A stretch of 64,000 bases of DNA from Clostridiales bacterium (GTDB taxonomy: Bacteria > Bacillota > Clostridia > Oscillospirales > CAG-272), in NCBI GenBank assembly GCA_012800735.1, contig JAAZIU010000028.1:3245-67244 (forward strand), written 5' to 3'. A program made the position numbers and the translations under genes. Shown here in pieces: positions 27,681 to 36,707 of the stretch. The notes under the pieces were generated by a model, which did no database searches, was not told where the DNA came from, and saw only the letters and a program-made list of their open reading frames with translations. Position 1 is the stretch's first letter. Every line of letters starts with the position of its first letter.

Positions 27681-29057
27681 ATGAAAAAGCCGAAGATAGG
27701 GCTTCTGCCGCTTTATATCGCGCTTTACGACAAAGCCGCTCCGGAAATGCGTCCGGCGGTCGAGGGGTTTGCGCGGGAAGTTGCCGGTCTTTTCGAAAAA
27801 CAGGGACTCGACGTCATCGCAGCGCCGGTCTGCGCCGTCGAGCCGGAGTTCAAAGCCGCCGTTGCGTCCTTTGAAGAGGGAGGCGCCGACGCCATTGTCA
27901 CCCTGCACCTTGCGTACAGCCCGTCGCTTGAGTCGGCGGCTGTTCTGGCGGCGACAAAACTGCCGATACTTATTCTCAACACCACTCCGACGCTGAGCTT
28001 CGTGCCGACTATCGAAGCCGGAGACGGCATCAGCTACAACCACGGCATCCACGGCGTTCAGGATATGGCGAATCTGCTTATCCGCAACGGCAAGCGGTTT
28101 CGGATTTTCACCGATCATTACATCTATTCAAACGTAATCGAGCGGGTTGCTAACGCCGCCAAAGCCGCCGCGGCGGCTCATGCGCTCAGGGGCACGAAGG
28201 TGGGCATGATAGGCGAGCCTTTCGCCGGAATGGGCGACTTTGACTGCGGAGCCGAGGGCTACGAAGCTTTAGGCATCGAAACGGTGAGCTGCAAAGGGCT
28301 TCGCCCCGATCTCGTCTCCGACTCCGACATCGCAACCGAATACGAGCTCGACAAGAGCCGCGCCGAGATCCGCTGCAGCTATGAAGAATACGCAAAAACC
28401 GAGCGGGTCGGGCTTGCCGTCCGCCGCTGGCTTGAAGACGAGGGCATCGGCGGATTTACCATGAATTTCCTCTCCGCCGGAACGCTGCCCGGATTTGACA
28501 CCATGCCGTTTACCGAGGCTTCAAAAGCGATGGCGCGCGGCATCGGCTACGCCGGAGAGGGAGATATGCTCACCGCCGCTCTCTGCGCCGCACTGCTCCG
28601 TTCCTTTAAGCACACCACGTTCATGGAGATGTTCTGCCCCGACTGGGCGGGAAATCACATCTTCTTCTCGCACATGGGAGAGCTGAATCTCAACGTTATG
28701 GAGCGGCGGCATATCGTCATGCGCAGCTTCAAATACGCCGACTGCTTTGAGCCGACTACGATGTACGGCATCTTCCGCCAGGGGCGGGCGACGGTTGTGA
28801 ATTTAGCGCCGATCGGTCCCGGAAAATTCCGCCTTATTCTCGCGAGCGGGCGGATGATCGACCTGCCCGACAACATCGGCGGCTTTGAAAATACCATCGC
28901 CGGCTGGTTCCGCCCGAACATCGGCGTCAACAAGCTGCTTGAGCAGTACAGCATCGCCGGAGGCACTCACCACAGCGCGCTTGTTTACGGCGCGTCGGCA
29001 GAGGAGCTTTCGGTGTTTGCCGACGAGCTGGGCATTGAGTCGGTTGTTATCTGCTGA
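27681..29057 (+). CDS. Sugar isomerase of the L-arabinose/L-fucose isomerase superfamily
   Basis: ATG 27681 has an AAGAGG RBS. The KIGLLPLYIALYD N-terminus, the ~458-aa size and the operon context with a FGGY kinase support the call. The assignment is by resemblance only. Confidence 0.5.
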   Translation: MKKPKIGLLPLYIALYDKAAPEMRPAVEGFAREVAGLFEKQGLDVIAAPVCAVEPEFKAAVASFEEGGADAIVTLHLAYSPSLESAAVLAATKLPILILNTTPTLSFVPTIEAGDGISYNHGIHGVQDMANLLIRNGKRFRIFTDHYIYSNVIERVANAAKAAAAAHALRGTKVGMIGEPFAGMGDFDCGAEGYEALGIETVSCKGLRPDLVSDSDIATEYELDKSRAEIRCSYEEYAKTERVGLAVRRWLEDEGIGGFTMNFLSAGTLPGFDTMPFTEASKAMARGIGYAGEGDMLTAALCAALLRSFKHTTFMEMFCPDWAGNHIFFSHMGELNLNVMERRHIVMRSFKYADCFEPTTMYGIFRQGRATVVNLAPIGPGKFRLILASGRMIDLPDNIGGFENTIAGWFRPNIGVNKLLEQYSIAGGTHHSALVYGASAEELSVFADELGIESVVIC

Positions 29058-29118
29058 TTTTCTTTCTCCTGCTTCTGTTTTAGCACGCTTAAGCTCGGAA
29101 TCTTTGAGGTTTATATCA

Positions 29119-29667
29119 ATGAAGAAAATCAAACCCGGGAAGCTGATGTCGGATATATTAAAAATGTTCAAAGAAAGCAAAGACGGCGATTATATGCCGG
29201 GAAAGGCCGAAGATTACAGCCGGAAAGCCGCGCGATTGGAGCCGAGCCGGCTCATTTCCTTCGAGTGCGATTTTTCGACATTTTCCCGCAGCGACGACGT
29301 TCCGCTCGGCAGATTTGCGTTTTATCTTGACGCCGGGCGGGGGTCTGCGTCGAAAAGCCTCAGATACGGCGGCGACGGCGGCTATTACGCCGAATTTGCT
29401 TCATCGGACGAGCTTCTCATGCGGCTGGCGGAACTCATAAAGGAACTTGACCTTGAGAGCCACAACGGGGAGCAATATTTTGTAAACGGCTTGCCGGACG
29501 ATTTCGGCTACCGGCTTTATATAAAATATGAATCCGGCAATGTCGGCGCTTCGAACAATCAGTCAAACCATCTGAGCGTCAAAGCGATAAACGCTCTCGT
29601 CCGCTTCTTTGAAAGTTCGGCGGGGGTTGATTCGTCGTTTGAAGCCGCTGATGAATATTACGATTAA
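29119..29667 (+). CDS. Hypothetical protein
   Basis: 182 aa from ATG 29119, in the operon between isomerase and kinase. No recognisable motif. Confidence 0.5.
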   Translation: MKKIKPGKLMSDILKMFKESKDGDYMPGKAEDYSRKAARLEPSRLISFECDFSTFSRSDDVPLGRFAFYLDAGRGSASKSLRYGGDGGYYAEFASSDELLMRLAELIKELDLESHNGEQYFVNGLPDDFGYRLYIKYESGNVGASNNQSNHLSVKAINALVRFFESSAGVDSSFEAADEYYD

Positions 29668-29691
29668 AATAATTATATATCGGAGACGGAT

Positions 29692-31041
29692 ATGGAATAT
29701 TTCATAGGTCTTGACATCGGCACTTCATCGATAAAAGGGGTGCTGCTCTCCCATGACGGAGATAAAGAAAGCCTCGCGTCGATCGCAGGGACAAAGACGG
29801 TCTATCACCCGGCGCGGCTCGGAGACGGCCCCGAATACGTCGGCTACTCCGCCGAAAAGCTCTATCAAAACGCCTGCGGCGTTATCCGCGCGCTGCTGAA
29901 TTCTCTGTCTTTGACTCAGCTCGTCGCGGTCAAAGGGCTGGCTATCGCCTCCGCTTCCGGCAACACGGTTTTAGTGTCGGATAAAGGGGAGCCGCTGCAC
30001 GACGCCTTTTCCTGGACGTCCCCTCCGGCGCAGGAGGAATACGACCGGTTTTTCGGGGAAAAATCCCCCTTCGGCGCCGTCGACCCGGAGGAGGTTTACC
30101 GCGCCTGCGGCTGGCCGATATCCGCGACATTCCCGCCCGGGCACCTTTCGTATATCGCCGCGCATCGGCCGGAGCTGATAAAGAACGCCTCGAAGGCGGC
30201 GATGACTACCGAATATATAATTTACCGCCTCTGCGGCGAGTGGGCGACCGATCCTTCCACCGCGACTCCGAGTTATCTCTGCGATCAGGAAAAGGCCGAG
30301 TGGCTGCCGTCGATGTATGAGCGGGTCGGGGTGCGTCAAGAGCAGCTGCCGCGCATAGGTTATACCGGCGAAACTGTCGGGAAGATAACTCCGGCGGCCG
30401 CCGCCGACAGCGGACTGCCGACTTCCTGCCGGGTGGTATTGGGGTCTTTTGACCATCCTTCTGCGGCAAGGGGAGCTGCGCCGAGGGTCCTCCGAGAGGG
30501 ACAGCTGCTGCTTTCCTGCGGCACTTCCTGGGTGGTGTTCGCGCCGATAAACGAAAAAGAGACGGTTATACGCGAGCGGCTGCTCTGCGATCCGTTCGAG
30601 ACTATGCGCGGCGGCGCCTGGGGCGGGATGTTCAGCCTTGAGTCGGTCGCGGCGAAAATCGATAAAATCGTAACGAAATACGTCAGTTCGGCTCCCAACC
30701 GCGCAAAGCATTTCGACGCCGCCGCCGAGCAGGCCGAACCCGGCTCGGGTGGGCTTGTCATCGACCCGACAGCGGACGCCGGCCGCGACTTCTCCGCCTA
30801 TGAGCCGAAAAATGTCGCCCGCGCCGTGATGGAAGGCACCGCAAGGCTCTTAAAAGACCGCCTCGACGCGCTTGCCGAATCATCGGGACTTCGTTTTTCC
30901 TCCGCCGCGATGGCGGGAGGTCCGTCGAACAGCAAAATCTGGCGGAAGATAATCGAAGATACTCTCGGTTATGAAGTGACGGTAAGCTACGCTGCCCACA
31001 CCGGCGCCCTTGGCGCGGCGAGAGTCGCGAGGGGAAAGTGA
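29692..31041 (+). CDS. FGGY-family carbohydrate kinase
   Basis: MEYFIGLDIGTSSIKGVLL (phosphate-1), GNTVL.., and C-terminal GGPSNSKIWRKIIEDTLG. Confidence 0.85.
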   Translation: MEYFIGLDIGTSSIKGVLLSHDGDKESLASIAGTKTVYHPARLGDGPEYVGYSAEKLYQNACGVIRALLNSLSLTQLVAVKGLAIASASGNTVLVSDKGEPLHDAFSWTSPPAQEEYDRFFGEKSPFGAVDPEEVYRACGWPISATFPPGHLSYIAAHRPELIKNASKAAMTTEYIIYRLCGEWATDPSTATPSYLCDQEKAEWLPSMYERVGVRQEQLPRIGYTGETVGKITPAAAADSGLPTSCRVVLGSFDHPSAARGAAPRVLREGQLLLSCGTSWVVFAPINEKETVIRERLLCDPFETMRGGAWGGMFSLESVAAKIDKIVTKYVSSAPNRAKHFDAAAEQAEPGSGGLVIDPTADAGRDFSAYEPKNVARAVMEGTARLLKDRLDALAESSGLRFSSAAMAGGPSNSKIWRKIIEDTLGYEVTVSYAAHTGALGAARVARGK

Positions 31042-31081
31042 CTCCGGCAGCCGTTTCACCGCTTCGAGGGCTACCCGCCCC

Positions 31082-31503
31082 GGGGCGGGATGTTCAGCCT
31101 TGAGTCGGTCGCGGCGAAAATAGATAAAATCGTAACGAAATACGTCAGTTCGGCTCCCAACCGCGCAAAGCATTTCGACGCCGCCGCCGAGCAGGCCGAA
31201 CCCGGCTCGGGCGGGCTTGTCATCGACCCGACAGCGGACGCCGACCGCGATTTTTCCGCCTATGAGCCGAAAAATGTCGCGCGCGCTTTGATGGAAGGCA
31301 CCGCAAGGCTCTTGAAAGACCGCCTCGACGCGCTTGCCGAATCGTCGGGACTGCGCTTCTCCTCCGCCGCGATGGCGGGAGGTCCGTCGAACAGCAAAAT
31401 CTGGCGGAAGATAATCGAAGATACTCTCGGTTATGAAGTGACGGTAAGCTACGCCGCCCACACCGGCGCCCTTGGCGCGGCGAGAGTCGCGAGGGGAAAG
31501 TAA
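31082..31503 (+). pseudogene. Tandem duplicate of the last 422 nt of the FGGY kinase gene
   Basis: ORF 31090-31503 matches the kinase C-terminus at 135 of 137 aa. It is separated from the parent stop by a 40-nt junction (31042-31081). Confidence 0.85.
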
Positions 31504-31670
31504 CCGCCTGCGAGCGCCAAGGAGCGTTGGCCGCGGCGAGAGTCGCGAGGGGAAAGTAATTGCAGCAACGCGCCGAGGAGCGGCGGCCGCGGCGAGAGTC
31601 GCACAGGGAAAGTAACCCCCTGCGAGCGCCGAGGAGCGGCGGCGCGGCGAGAGTCGCGAAGGGGAATTAA
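31504..31670 (+). repeat. Three further ~57-nt units repeating the last ~30 nt of the kinase gene, each including a stop codon
   Basis: ..gcggcgagagtcgcgaggggaaagtaa / ..gcggcgagagtcgcacagggaaagtaa / ..gcggcgagagtcgcgaaggggaattaa. Confidence 0.8.
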
Positions 31671-31724
31671 CTCCGGCGGATTTGTTCTGAATTTATATTT
31701 TAATCTCGGAGGTGTTTTCGACAT

Positions 31725-32798
31725 ATGCTTGATATAATCGGATTTCTCCGCGAATTCTGCGGGACGGAGAGCATCTCCGGCTTTGAGCGGAGGGCGCATG
31801 AAAAGGCGAAGGCGCTGATCAAACCCTTCTTCGGCGACTGCGCCGAAACTTCGTCGGGCGGGCTTATCTTCAACCGCCGCTGCGCCGATGAAGCGGCGCC
31901 GACTCTGATGTTCGACACCCATCTTGACGACGTCGGCGGCGTTGTGACCGGAATTTACGAGGGCGGATTTCTTACTTTCAGGTCGATCGGCGGGCTTGAC
32001 GCGCGGATACTTCCGGCGGCGGATATGCTTATATTCGGCCGCGAAACGATACCCGGAGTCATCGCGTCGACCCCGCCGCACCTGACATCGGCTGAGGAGA
32101 GAGGAAAGCTGCCGCAGATTGGCGATCTTCTGATAGACACCGGATATGAACTCGCCGAACTTGAAAAAATCGTCGGGACAGGCGATCCCGTCGCATTTCG
32201 CCCCCGCTTCGGGCGGCTGCTCGGAAGCGCCGTCGTCGGCCGCTCCTTCGATGACAAAGCCTGCGCCGCCTGCGTTCTGCGGGCGATGGAATATCTTTCG
32301 AAAAACTGCGATAATCTTAAGTGGAATATCGCATATTCGCTTGCCTCTGGCGAGGAAGTCGGCGCGGGCGGCGCGGCGGTCGGTACGATAAACGTCATGC
32401 CGGACGCGGCTTTCGTGCTCGACGTCGATTTCGCGGCTCAGCCGGGGGTCAGCGGGTCCGGCGCCGGCAAGCTGGGCGACGGGCCGATGATAGCCATATC
32501 CGGCGCGACCGACCGGCCGCTCACCGACGCGCTTATCGAATTTGCCAGAAAAAAAGAGCGGAAATTCCAGACGGTCGTCTCGGCCGGCGGCACCGGCACG
32601 AACGCCGACGAAGTCAATATCGCCCTCGAAGGGGTTCCGACGGCGGTTGTTTCGCTGCCTTTGCGGAACATGCACACCTATTCGGAAGTTATCGACACGA
32701 AAGACATCGAATATACAGGCGACCTTCTGGGCGAGTTTATCGCCGACCCCGACGGACTCGGCCTGTGGTACAAAAATGCGAAGGAGGCGATGTTATGA
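31725..32798 (+). CDS. M42-family metallopeptidase (FrvX/CelM/TET-like), copy 1
   Basis: FDTHLDDVGGVVTGI..GGFLTFRSIGGLD, and SFDDKACAAC. Confidence 0.8.
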   Translation: MLDIIGFLREFCGTESISGFERRAHEKAKALIKPFFGDCAETSSGGLIFNRRCADEAAPTLMFDTHLDDVGGVVTGIYEGGFLTFRSIGGLDARILPAADMLIFGRETIPGVIASTPPHLTSAEERGKLPQIGDLLIDTGYELAELEKIVGTGDPVAFRPRFGRLLGSAVVGRSFDDKACAACVLRAMEYLSKNCDNLKWNIAYSLASGEEVGAGGAAVGTINVMPDAAFVLDVDFAAQPGVSGSGAGKLGDGPMIAISGATDRPLTDALIEFARKKERKFQTVVSAGGTGTNADEVNIALEGVPTAVVSLPLRNMHTYSEVIDTKDIEYTGDLLGEFIADPDGLGLWYKNAKEAML

Positions 32799-33877
32799 GC
32801 CGGGGCGCTGAACTTCTGGCGGCGCTTTCCCTTGCTTTCGGCCCTTCCGGATGCGAAAACGAGGTAAGGCGGCTTATCGCCCGCGAGATCGGCGACGCCG
32901 ACTCGATGACAATTCTTCCCATCGGCAATCTGATAGTCAGGATAAACGGGAAAAAACGCGACACCCGCCCGCGTCTGGTCTTCGACGCGCATATGGACGA
33001 AGTCGGATTTATGATCCGCTCGATCGGCGACGACGGTTTTCTCAGCTTCACGACGCTCGGCGGCATCGATACCCGGGTGCTTTCCGCGCGGCGGGTGATT
33101 CTCGGTTCCTATGACGGCAGCCGGCGGATTTCCGGGTATATCACTTCAAAGCCGATACATCTGCAGGGCGGCTCCGACGCGCCGGGAGTTGATTCGCTTT
33201 ATATCGATATCGGCGCGAAAAACAAAGCCGAGGCGGAGAAGTTCGTCCGTCCCGGCGATTACGGCGTTTTCGACTCGGAATTTATCCGGCTCGGAGAACA
33301 TAAAGTCAAGTGCAAGGCGATGGACGACCGATTCGGCTGCGCAGTTATGATAGAGGCTATCCGCGCGCTTAAGGCGGAGCGGCCGGATTTTGACACCTAT
33401 TTTGCCTTCAGCGTCCGCGAGGAGCTGGGGATGCAGGGAGCGGCCGCGGCGGCGTGGCATATCCGCCCCGATTTTGCCGTCGCGCTTGAGGCGACGGCTT
33501 GCGCCGATCTTCACGATGTGCCGCAGGGCAGCCGTATCGGCGAGCAGGGGGAGGGCGGGCTTGTTTCTCCGGTCGATGCGGCGACGGTTTACGACGAGCG
33601 TTTTGTGAAATTTGCGCTTGACCTTGCGGCGGAGCGCGGCATCAAGGCTCAGCCAAAGCGGCTCGCATCCGGAGGCAACGACGCGGCGGCATTTCAGCGT
33701 TCGCGGGACGGCGCCGCCGTGCTCGCTCTTTCCGCTCCGGCGAGGTATATTCATTCGGCTAACAGTGTCGTTGACATGAGAGATTATGAGAGCGTAGTCG
33801 CGCTGACTGTTCAGATTGCAAGGAACATCGGCAGACTTGCCGGCGGGGAAACTCCCGCCGAAACGGCGATGAATTAA
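32795..33877 (+). CDS. M42-family metallopeptidase, copy 2
   Basis: ATG 32795 overlaps the upstream TGA (ATGA). GPSGCENEVRRLI, FDAHMDEVGFMIRSI..GFLSFTTLGGID, AMDDRFGCAV. The upstream 158-aa extension of ORF 32321-33877 is rejected. Confidence 0.85.
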   Translation: MSRGAELLAALSLAFGPSGCENEVRRLIAREIGDADSMTILPIGNLIVRINGKKRDTRPRLVFDAHMDEVGFMIRSIGDDGFLSFTTLGGIDTRVLSARRVILGSYDGSRRISGYITSKPIHLQGGSDAPGVDSLYIDIGAKNKAEAEKFVRPGDYGVFDSEFIRLGEHKVKCKAMDDRFGCAVMIEAIRALKAERPDFDTYFAFSVREELGMQGAAAAAWHIRPDFAVALEATACADLHDVPQGSRIGEQGEGGLVSPVDAATVYDERFVKFALDLAAERGIKAQPKRLASGGNDAAAFQRSRDGAAVLALSAPARYIHSANSVVDMRDYESVVALTVQIARNIGRLAGGETPAETAMN

Positions 33878-33897
33878 AATAACAACGGGTACTTGAA

Positions 33898-34896
33898 ATG
33901 GATATTGAACTTATAAGAAAGCTAATCGAAACCGCGGCTATCGCGGGGCGGGAGAGGGCGGCGGCGGAGCTTATCTCGGAGCTTATCGCGCCGTATGTGG
34001 ATAAAGTCAAAGTCGACCGGCTCGGTTCGGTCATTGCGCACCTGCCCGGAGGTTTTGCCCCCGATTCCGACTCCAAGCGGATAGTGCTTGAAGCGCCGAT
34101 GGCGTCGCCGGGATTCCTGGCAAACGATTACCGCGAAAACGGGCGGATTTGCCTGACGCCTATCGGATTTGCCGAGACGGACGCCACGGTCGGCGCGCAT
34201 ATCGTGTTCGGCGGCGGCGCCGAAGGTGTTGTCGTGTCGGACGAAGACAATCCGGGCGGATTTGCCGCCGAAACCGGCGCTTCTGCCATTGATGAGGCGA
34301 AAGAGCTTGTCGCGGTCGGCGAATGGGCGGTCTATAAGCCGTTTCTTTCGGAAATTTCGGACGGCTGTCTTATCGGCTGGCCGCTTTCCTCCGCCGTCGC
34401 CTGCGCGGCGCTGATAACTGCCGCAAAGATGGTTCCGAAGCCGGAGAACGACGTCTGGTTCGTGTTTGCCTCCCAGAAGACTCCGGCGGGCAGCCGCGGC
34501 GCCGGCGCGGCGCTTTACAGTTTAGGCGAGGACGGCGACGTTGACTTCGCGCTTGAGATAGGCGGCTGCCCCGAGACGCGCTCAAAGAAACGGACGGCGG
34601 GAGTTTTAGGCGCCGGCGCGGCAATCCGCATCTCCGACGGCCGTGTCGTCTGCGACCCGGAAATATCGTCCGGGCTTGAAGCGCTTGCCGCCGATTCCGG
34701 CATAAAAACTCAGCGCTACATGGGAACCGAGCGGATGAGCGACGCCCTCGCGATGGGACGCGCCGGTTACGGAGTACGAACCGGCGGAATTCTGGCGCCG
34801 GTAAGGAGTCATCACCGACCGGCGGAGATAGTGTCGTTGGCGGATGCAGAAGCCGTCGCGGAATTGGCGGCGGAAGTGGTGCGGCGGGGAGTGTAA
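33898..34896 (+). CDS. M42-family peptidase-like protein, copy 3 (divergent)
   Basis: IAGRERAAAELISELIAPYVDKVKVDRLGSVIAHL. Same length class and domain order. The metal ligands are less obvious. Confidence 0.65.
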   Translation: MDIELIRKLIETAAIAGRERAAAELISELIAPYVDKVKVDRLGSVIAHLPGGFAPDSDSKRIVLEAPMASPGFLANDYRENGRICLTPIGFAETDATVGAHIVFGGGAEGVVVSDEDNPGGFAAETGASAIDEAKELVAVGEWAVYKPFLSEISDGCLIGWPLSSAVACAALITAAKMVPKPENDVWFVFASQKTPAGSRGAGAALYSLGEDGDVDFALEIGGCPETRSKKRTAGVLGAGAAIRISDGRVVCDPEISSGLEALAADSGIKTQRYMGTERMSDALAMGRAGYGVRTGGILAPVRSHHRPAEIVSLADAEAVAELAAEVVRRGV

Positions 34897-34929
34897 ATGT
34901 TTTGAGCATCCCCGGATTCTCAATAAAAT

Positions 34930-34977
34930 AAAAAACTCCCTCTCACGGCAGAAAACCCAACCTGCCGCGGGAGGGAA
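34930..34977 (-). terminator. Duplicate copy of the ddl terminator hairpin (no minus-strand gene feeds it)
   Basis: aaaaaactccctctcacggcagaaaacccaacctgccgcgggaggga, which matches 36484-36529 apart from 2 differences. Confidence 0.6.
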
Positions 34978-34985
34978 CTTTTATT

Positions 34986-35097
34986 AGAAAAAACATAAAT
35001 AAAAACTTTACTTTGGTGCGGAGATGTTTTTCCGTAGGAAAAACTCTCGAATGGCGCGGAGCGCCATTCAGCGAAGACAAAATCCTCCTTAGAAAAA
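34986..35097 (-). repeat. Hairpin-train repeat unit
   Basis: agaaaaaacataaataaaaactttactttggtgcggagatgtttttccgtaggaaaaactctc, then gaatggcgcggagcgccattc, then ..gacaaaatcctccttagaaaaaac (the last module is shared with 36553-36580). Confidence 0.75.
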
Positions 35098-35101
35098 ACT
35101 A

Positions 35102-35130
35102 TTGACATTATAACGGTTTTCCGTTATAAT
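35102..35130 (+). promoter_or_regulatory. Consensus promoter with a perfect palindrome in the spacer (candidate operator)
   Basis: TTGACA (35102-35107), 17 nt, then TATAAT (35125-35130). TTATAACGG-tttt-CCGTTATAA spans the spacer and -10. AGGAGG lies 8 nt before ATG 35151. Confidence 0.7.
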
Positions 35131-35150
35131 AGTATCAGGAGGTGAGCTTG

Positions 35151-35717
35151 ATGCTTGCGCAGAGACTGCAAAAGAAAAACATGACCGCATACAGATGCTC
35201 GAAGCTCAGCGGCGTTCCGTATACGACGCTGTCAGAGCTTTTGCGCGGGAAAACAAAAATCAAAAATTGTACGGCGGAAACGGTATTCAAGCTTGCAAAA
35301 GTTCTTGACGTCCCGATGGAAGAACTGCTCTCCGACAGCATTGAATACCGCAGTGCGTTTGAGACATTTAAGAGCAATGTTTGTCATCTTGTCAAAGACA
35401 AAGGCGATATTGATTTCATCGTTGATACCTTGAAATCCGACGACATTCGGCGCTATTTTGATAAAAAATGGTATCCGGAAGCGTTTTATCTGCTTGCCAT
35501 GGTGGATTATCTCAGCCGTATCAACGATATTCCGCTTTGTAATAATTACAATGATATCCGCGGCTGCACATTGAAGCAAACGCTGTATCCCCGCGACATT
35601 GAATTTGCGGCGAGGCTCAGCGACGAGCTTGATTTGAGAGAAGCAAGCAAACGCGACGCCATACCGGAGTTTTTGCGTCATAATATCATAGAAAGCGACA
35701 TACGAAATGTCTGTTGA
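35151..35717 (+). CDS. XRE-type HTH protein with a C-terminal domain of unknown function
   Basis: LAQRLQKKNMTAYRCSKLSGVPYTTLSELLRGKTKIKNCTAETVFKLAKVLDVPMEELL (HTH_3-like), then ~120 aa with no recognised motif. Overlaps the next gene by 11 nt. Confidence 0.7.
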   Translation: MLAQRLQKKNMTAYRCSKLSGVPYTTLSELLRGKTKIKNCTAETVFKLAKVLDVPMEELLSDSIEYRSAFETFKSNVCHLVKDKGDIDFIVDTLKSDDIRRYFDKKWYPEAFYLLAMVDYLSRINDIPLCNNYNDIRGCTLKQTLYPRDIEFAARLSDELDLREASKRDAIPEFLRHNIIESDIRNVC

Positions 35718-36438
35718 TTTTCCCTTTACAAAAACCAATCTCGACGGATATCTCAAAGCGCTTGCGAAGGAATACCGTAAAAGAAGCGGAGGTGTCCGCG
35801 CGGAAATCATCCTTATCGGCGGTGCTTCCGTCCTGATTAATTACGGCTTCCGTGAATTGACTTACGATGTCGATGCATATTACAGCGCGCCCGGTGTGAT
35901 GAAGGAAGCCATCAATGCGGTGAGAGACACCCTCGGTCTGCCTAACGGCTGGCTGAATTCTGATTTTAAAAATACGAACTCGTTTACGCCGCGTTTGGCT
36001 CAGTATTCCGAATACTATCGAACCTACTCGAATGTACTTGAAATCAGGACGATACGCGCCGAATACCTTATTGCCATGAAACTCGTTTCCGGCAGAAAAT
36101 ATAAGAAAGATCTTTCCGATATCGTCGGGATATTGTACGAACAAAGCCGCGCCGGGAAGCCGATAACTTACGAAGCGGTGGATAAGGCGGTTATAAACCT
36201 ATACGGCAGTTGGGATAAAATCAACGAGTTTTCACGCAGTCTGCTGATGGCTGCTCTCGAAACGGACGACCTTGAAAGAATGTTCGTCGAACAGATTCAA
36301 AGCGAAGCCGAAGCAAGAGAAGCGGTATTGGAAATCGACAAAAAGTATCCCAATTACATACGCGAAGACAACATCAATGATGTTATCGAAAAAGCCCTTG
36401 CGAAAAAGAAGAAAGAACGCGATAGCGAAGCAAGGTAA
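35707..36438 (+). CDS. Nucleotidyltransferase-fold protein (AbiEii/DUF6036-like)
   Basis: 243 aa. ILIGGASVLINYGFRELTYDVDAYY fits the GG..(n)..R.T.D.D minimal NTase pattern, followed by KLVSGRKYKKDLSDIVGIL. Confidence 0.55.
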   Translation: MSVDFPFTKTNLDGYLKALAKEYRKRSGGVRAEIILIGGASVLINYGFRELTYDVDAYYSAPGVMKEAINAVRDTLGLPNGWLNSDFKNTNSFTPRLAQYSEYYRTYSNVLEIRTIRAEYLIAMKLVSGRKYKKDLSDIVGILYEQSRAGKPITYEAVDKAVINLYGSWDKINEFSRSLLMAALETDDLERMFVEQIQSEAEAREAVLEIDKKYPNYIREDNINDVIEKALAKKKKERDSEAR

Positions 36439-36483
36439 GAAACAAGGTGAATTTATCCGGCGCTCCGCGCCATCGCGAACGAT

Positions 36484-36529
36484 AAAAAACTCCCTCTCAC
36501 GACAGAAAACCAACCTGCCGCGGGAGGGA
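36484..36529 (-). terminator. Terminator of ddl
   Basis: The minus strand reads tccctcccgcggcaggttggttttctgtcgtgagagggag followed by ttttttatc. Confidence 0.65.
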
Positions 36530-36540
36530 AAATTCATTTA

Positions 36541-36707
36541 ATTGATTTTGTCTTCGACAAAATCCTCCTTAGAAAAAACACAAGCTATGACTAAACTGTC
36601 CAACGGCGATATATTGTCGAAGACAATATTCGCGACTAACGCGAAGCGTTAGTCAGAGATGATTTTGCCTTCGGCAAAACTCGCGAATAGCGCCTGCGGC
36701 GCTATTC
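36541..36707 (-). repeat. Composite hairpin-train repeat directly after ddl; the palindrome contains the ddl stop codon
   Basis: The minus strand reads gaaTAGcgcc-gca-ggcgctattc (36707-36685), then gcgagttttgccgaaggcaaaatcatctc, then two further palindromes, then ..tgtgttttttctaagga. Confidence 0.8.

Noticed and set aside
32321-33877. 518-aa version of the second M42 peptidase
   Set aside because: The N-terminal 158 aa are an out-of-frame read of the first M42 gene (Arg-rich). ATG 32795 with ATGA coupling gives the normal length.
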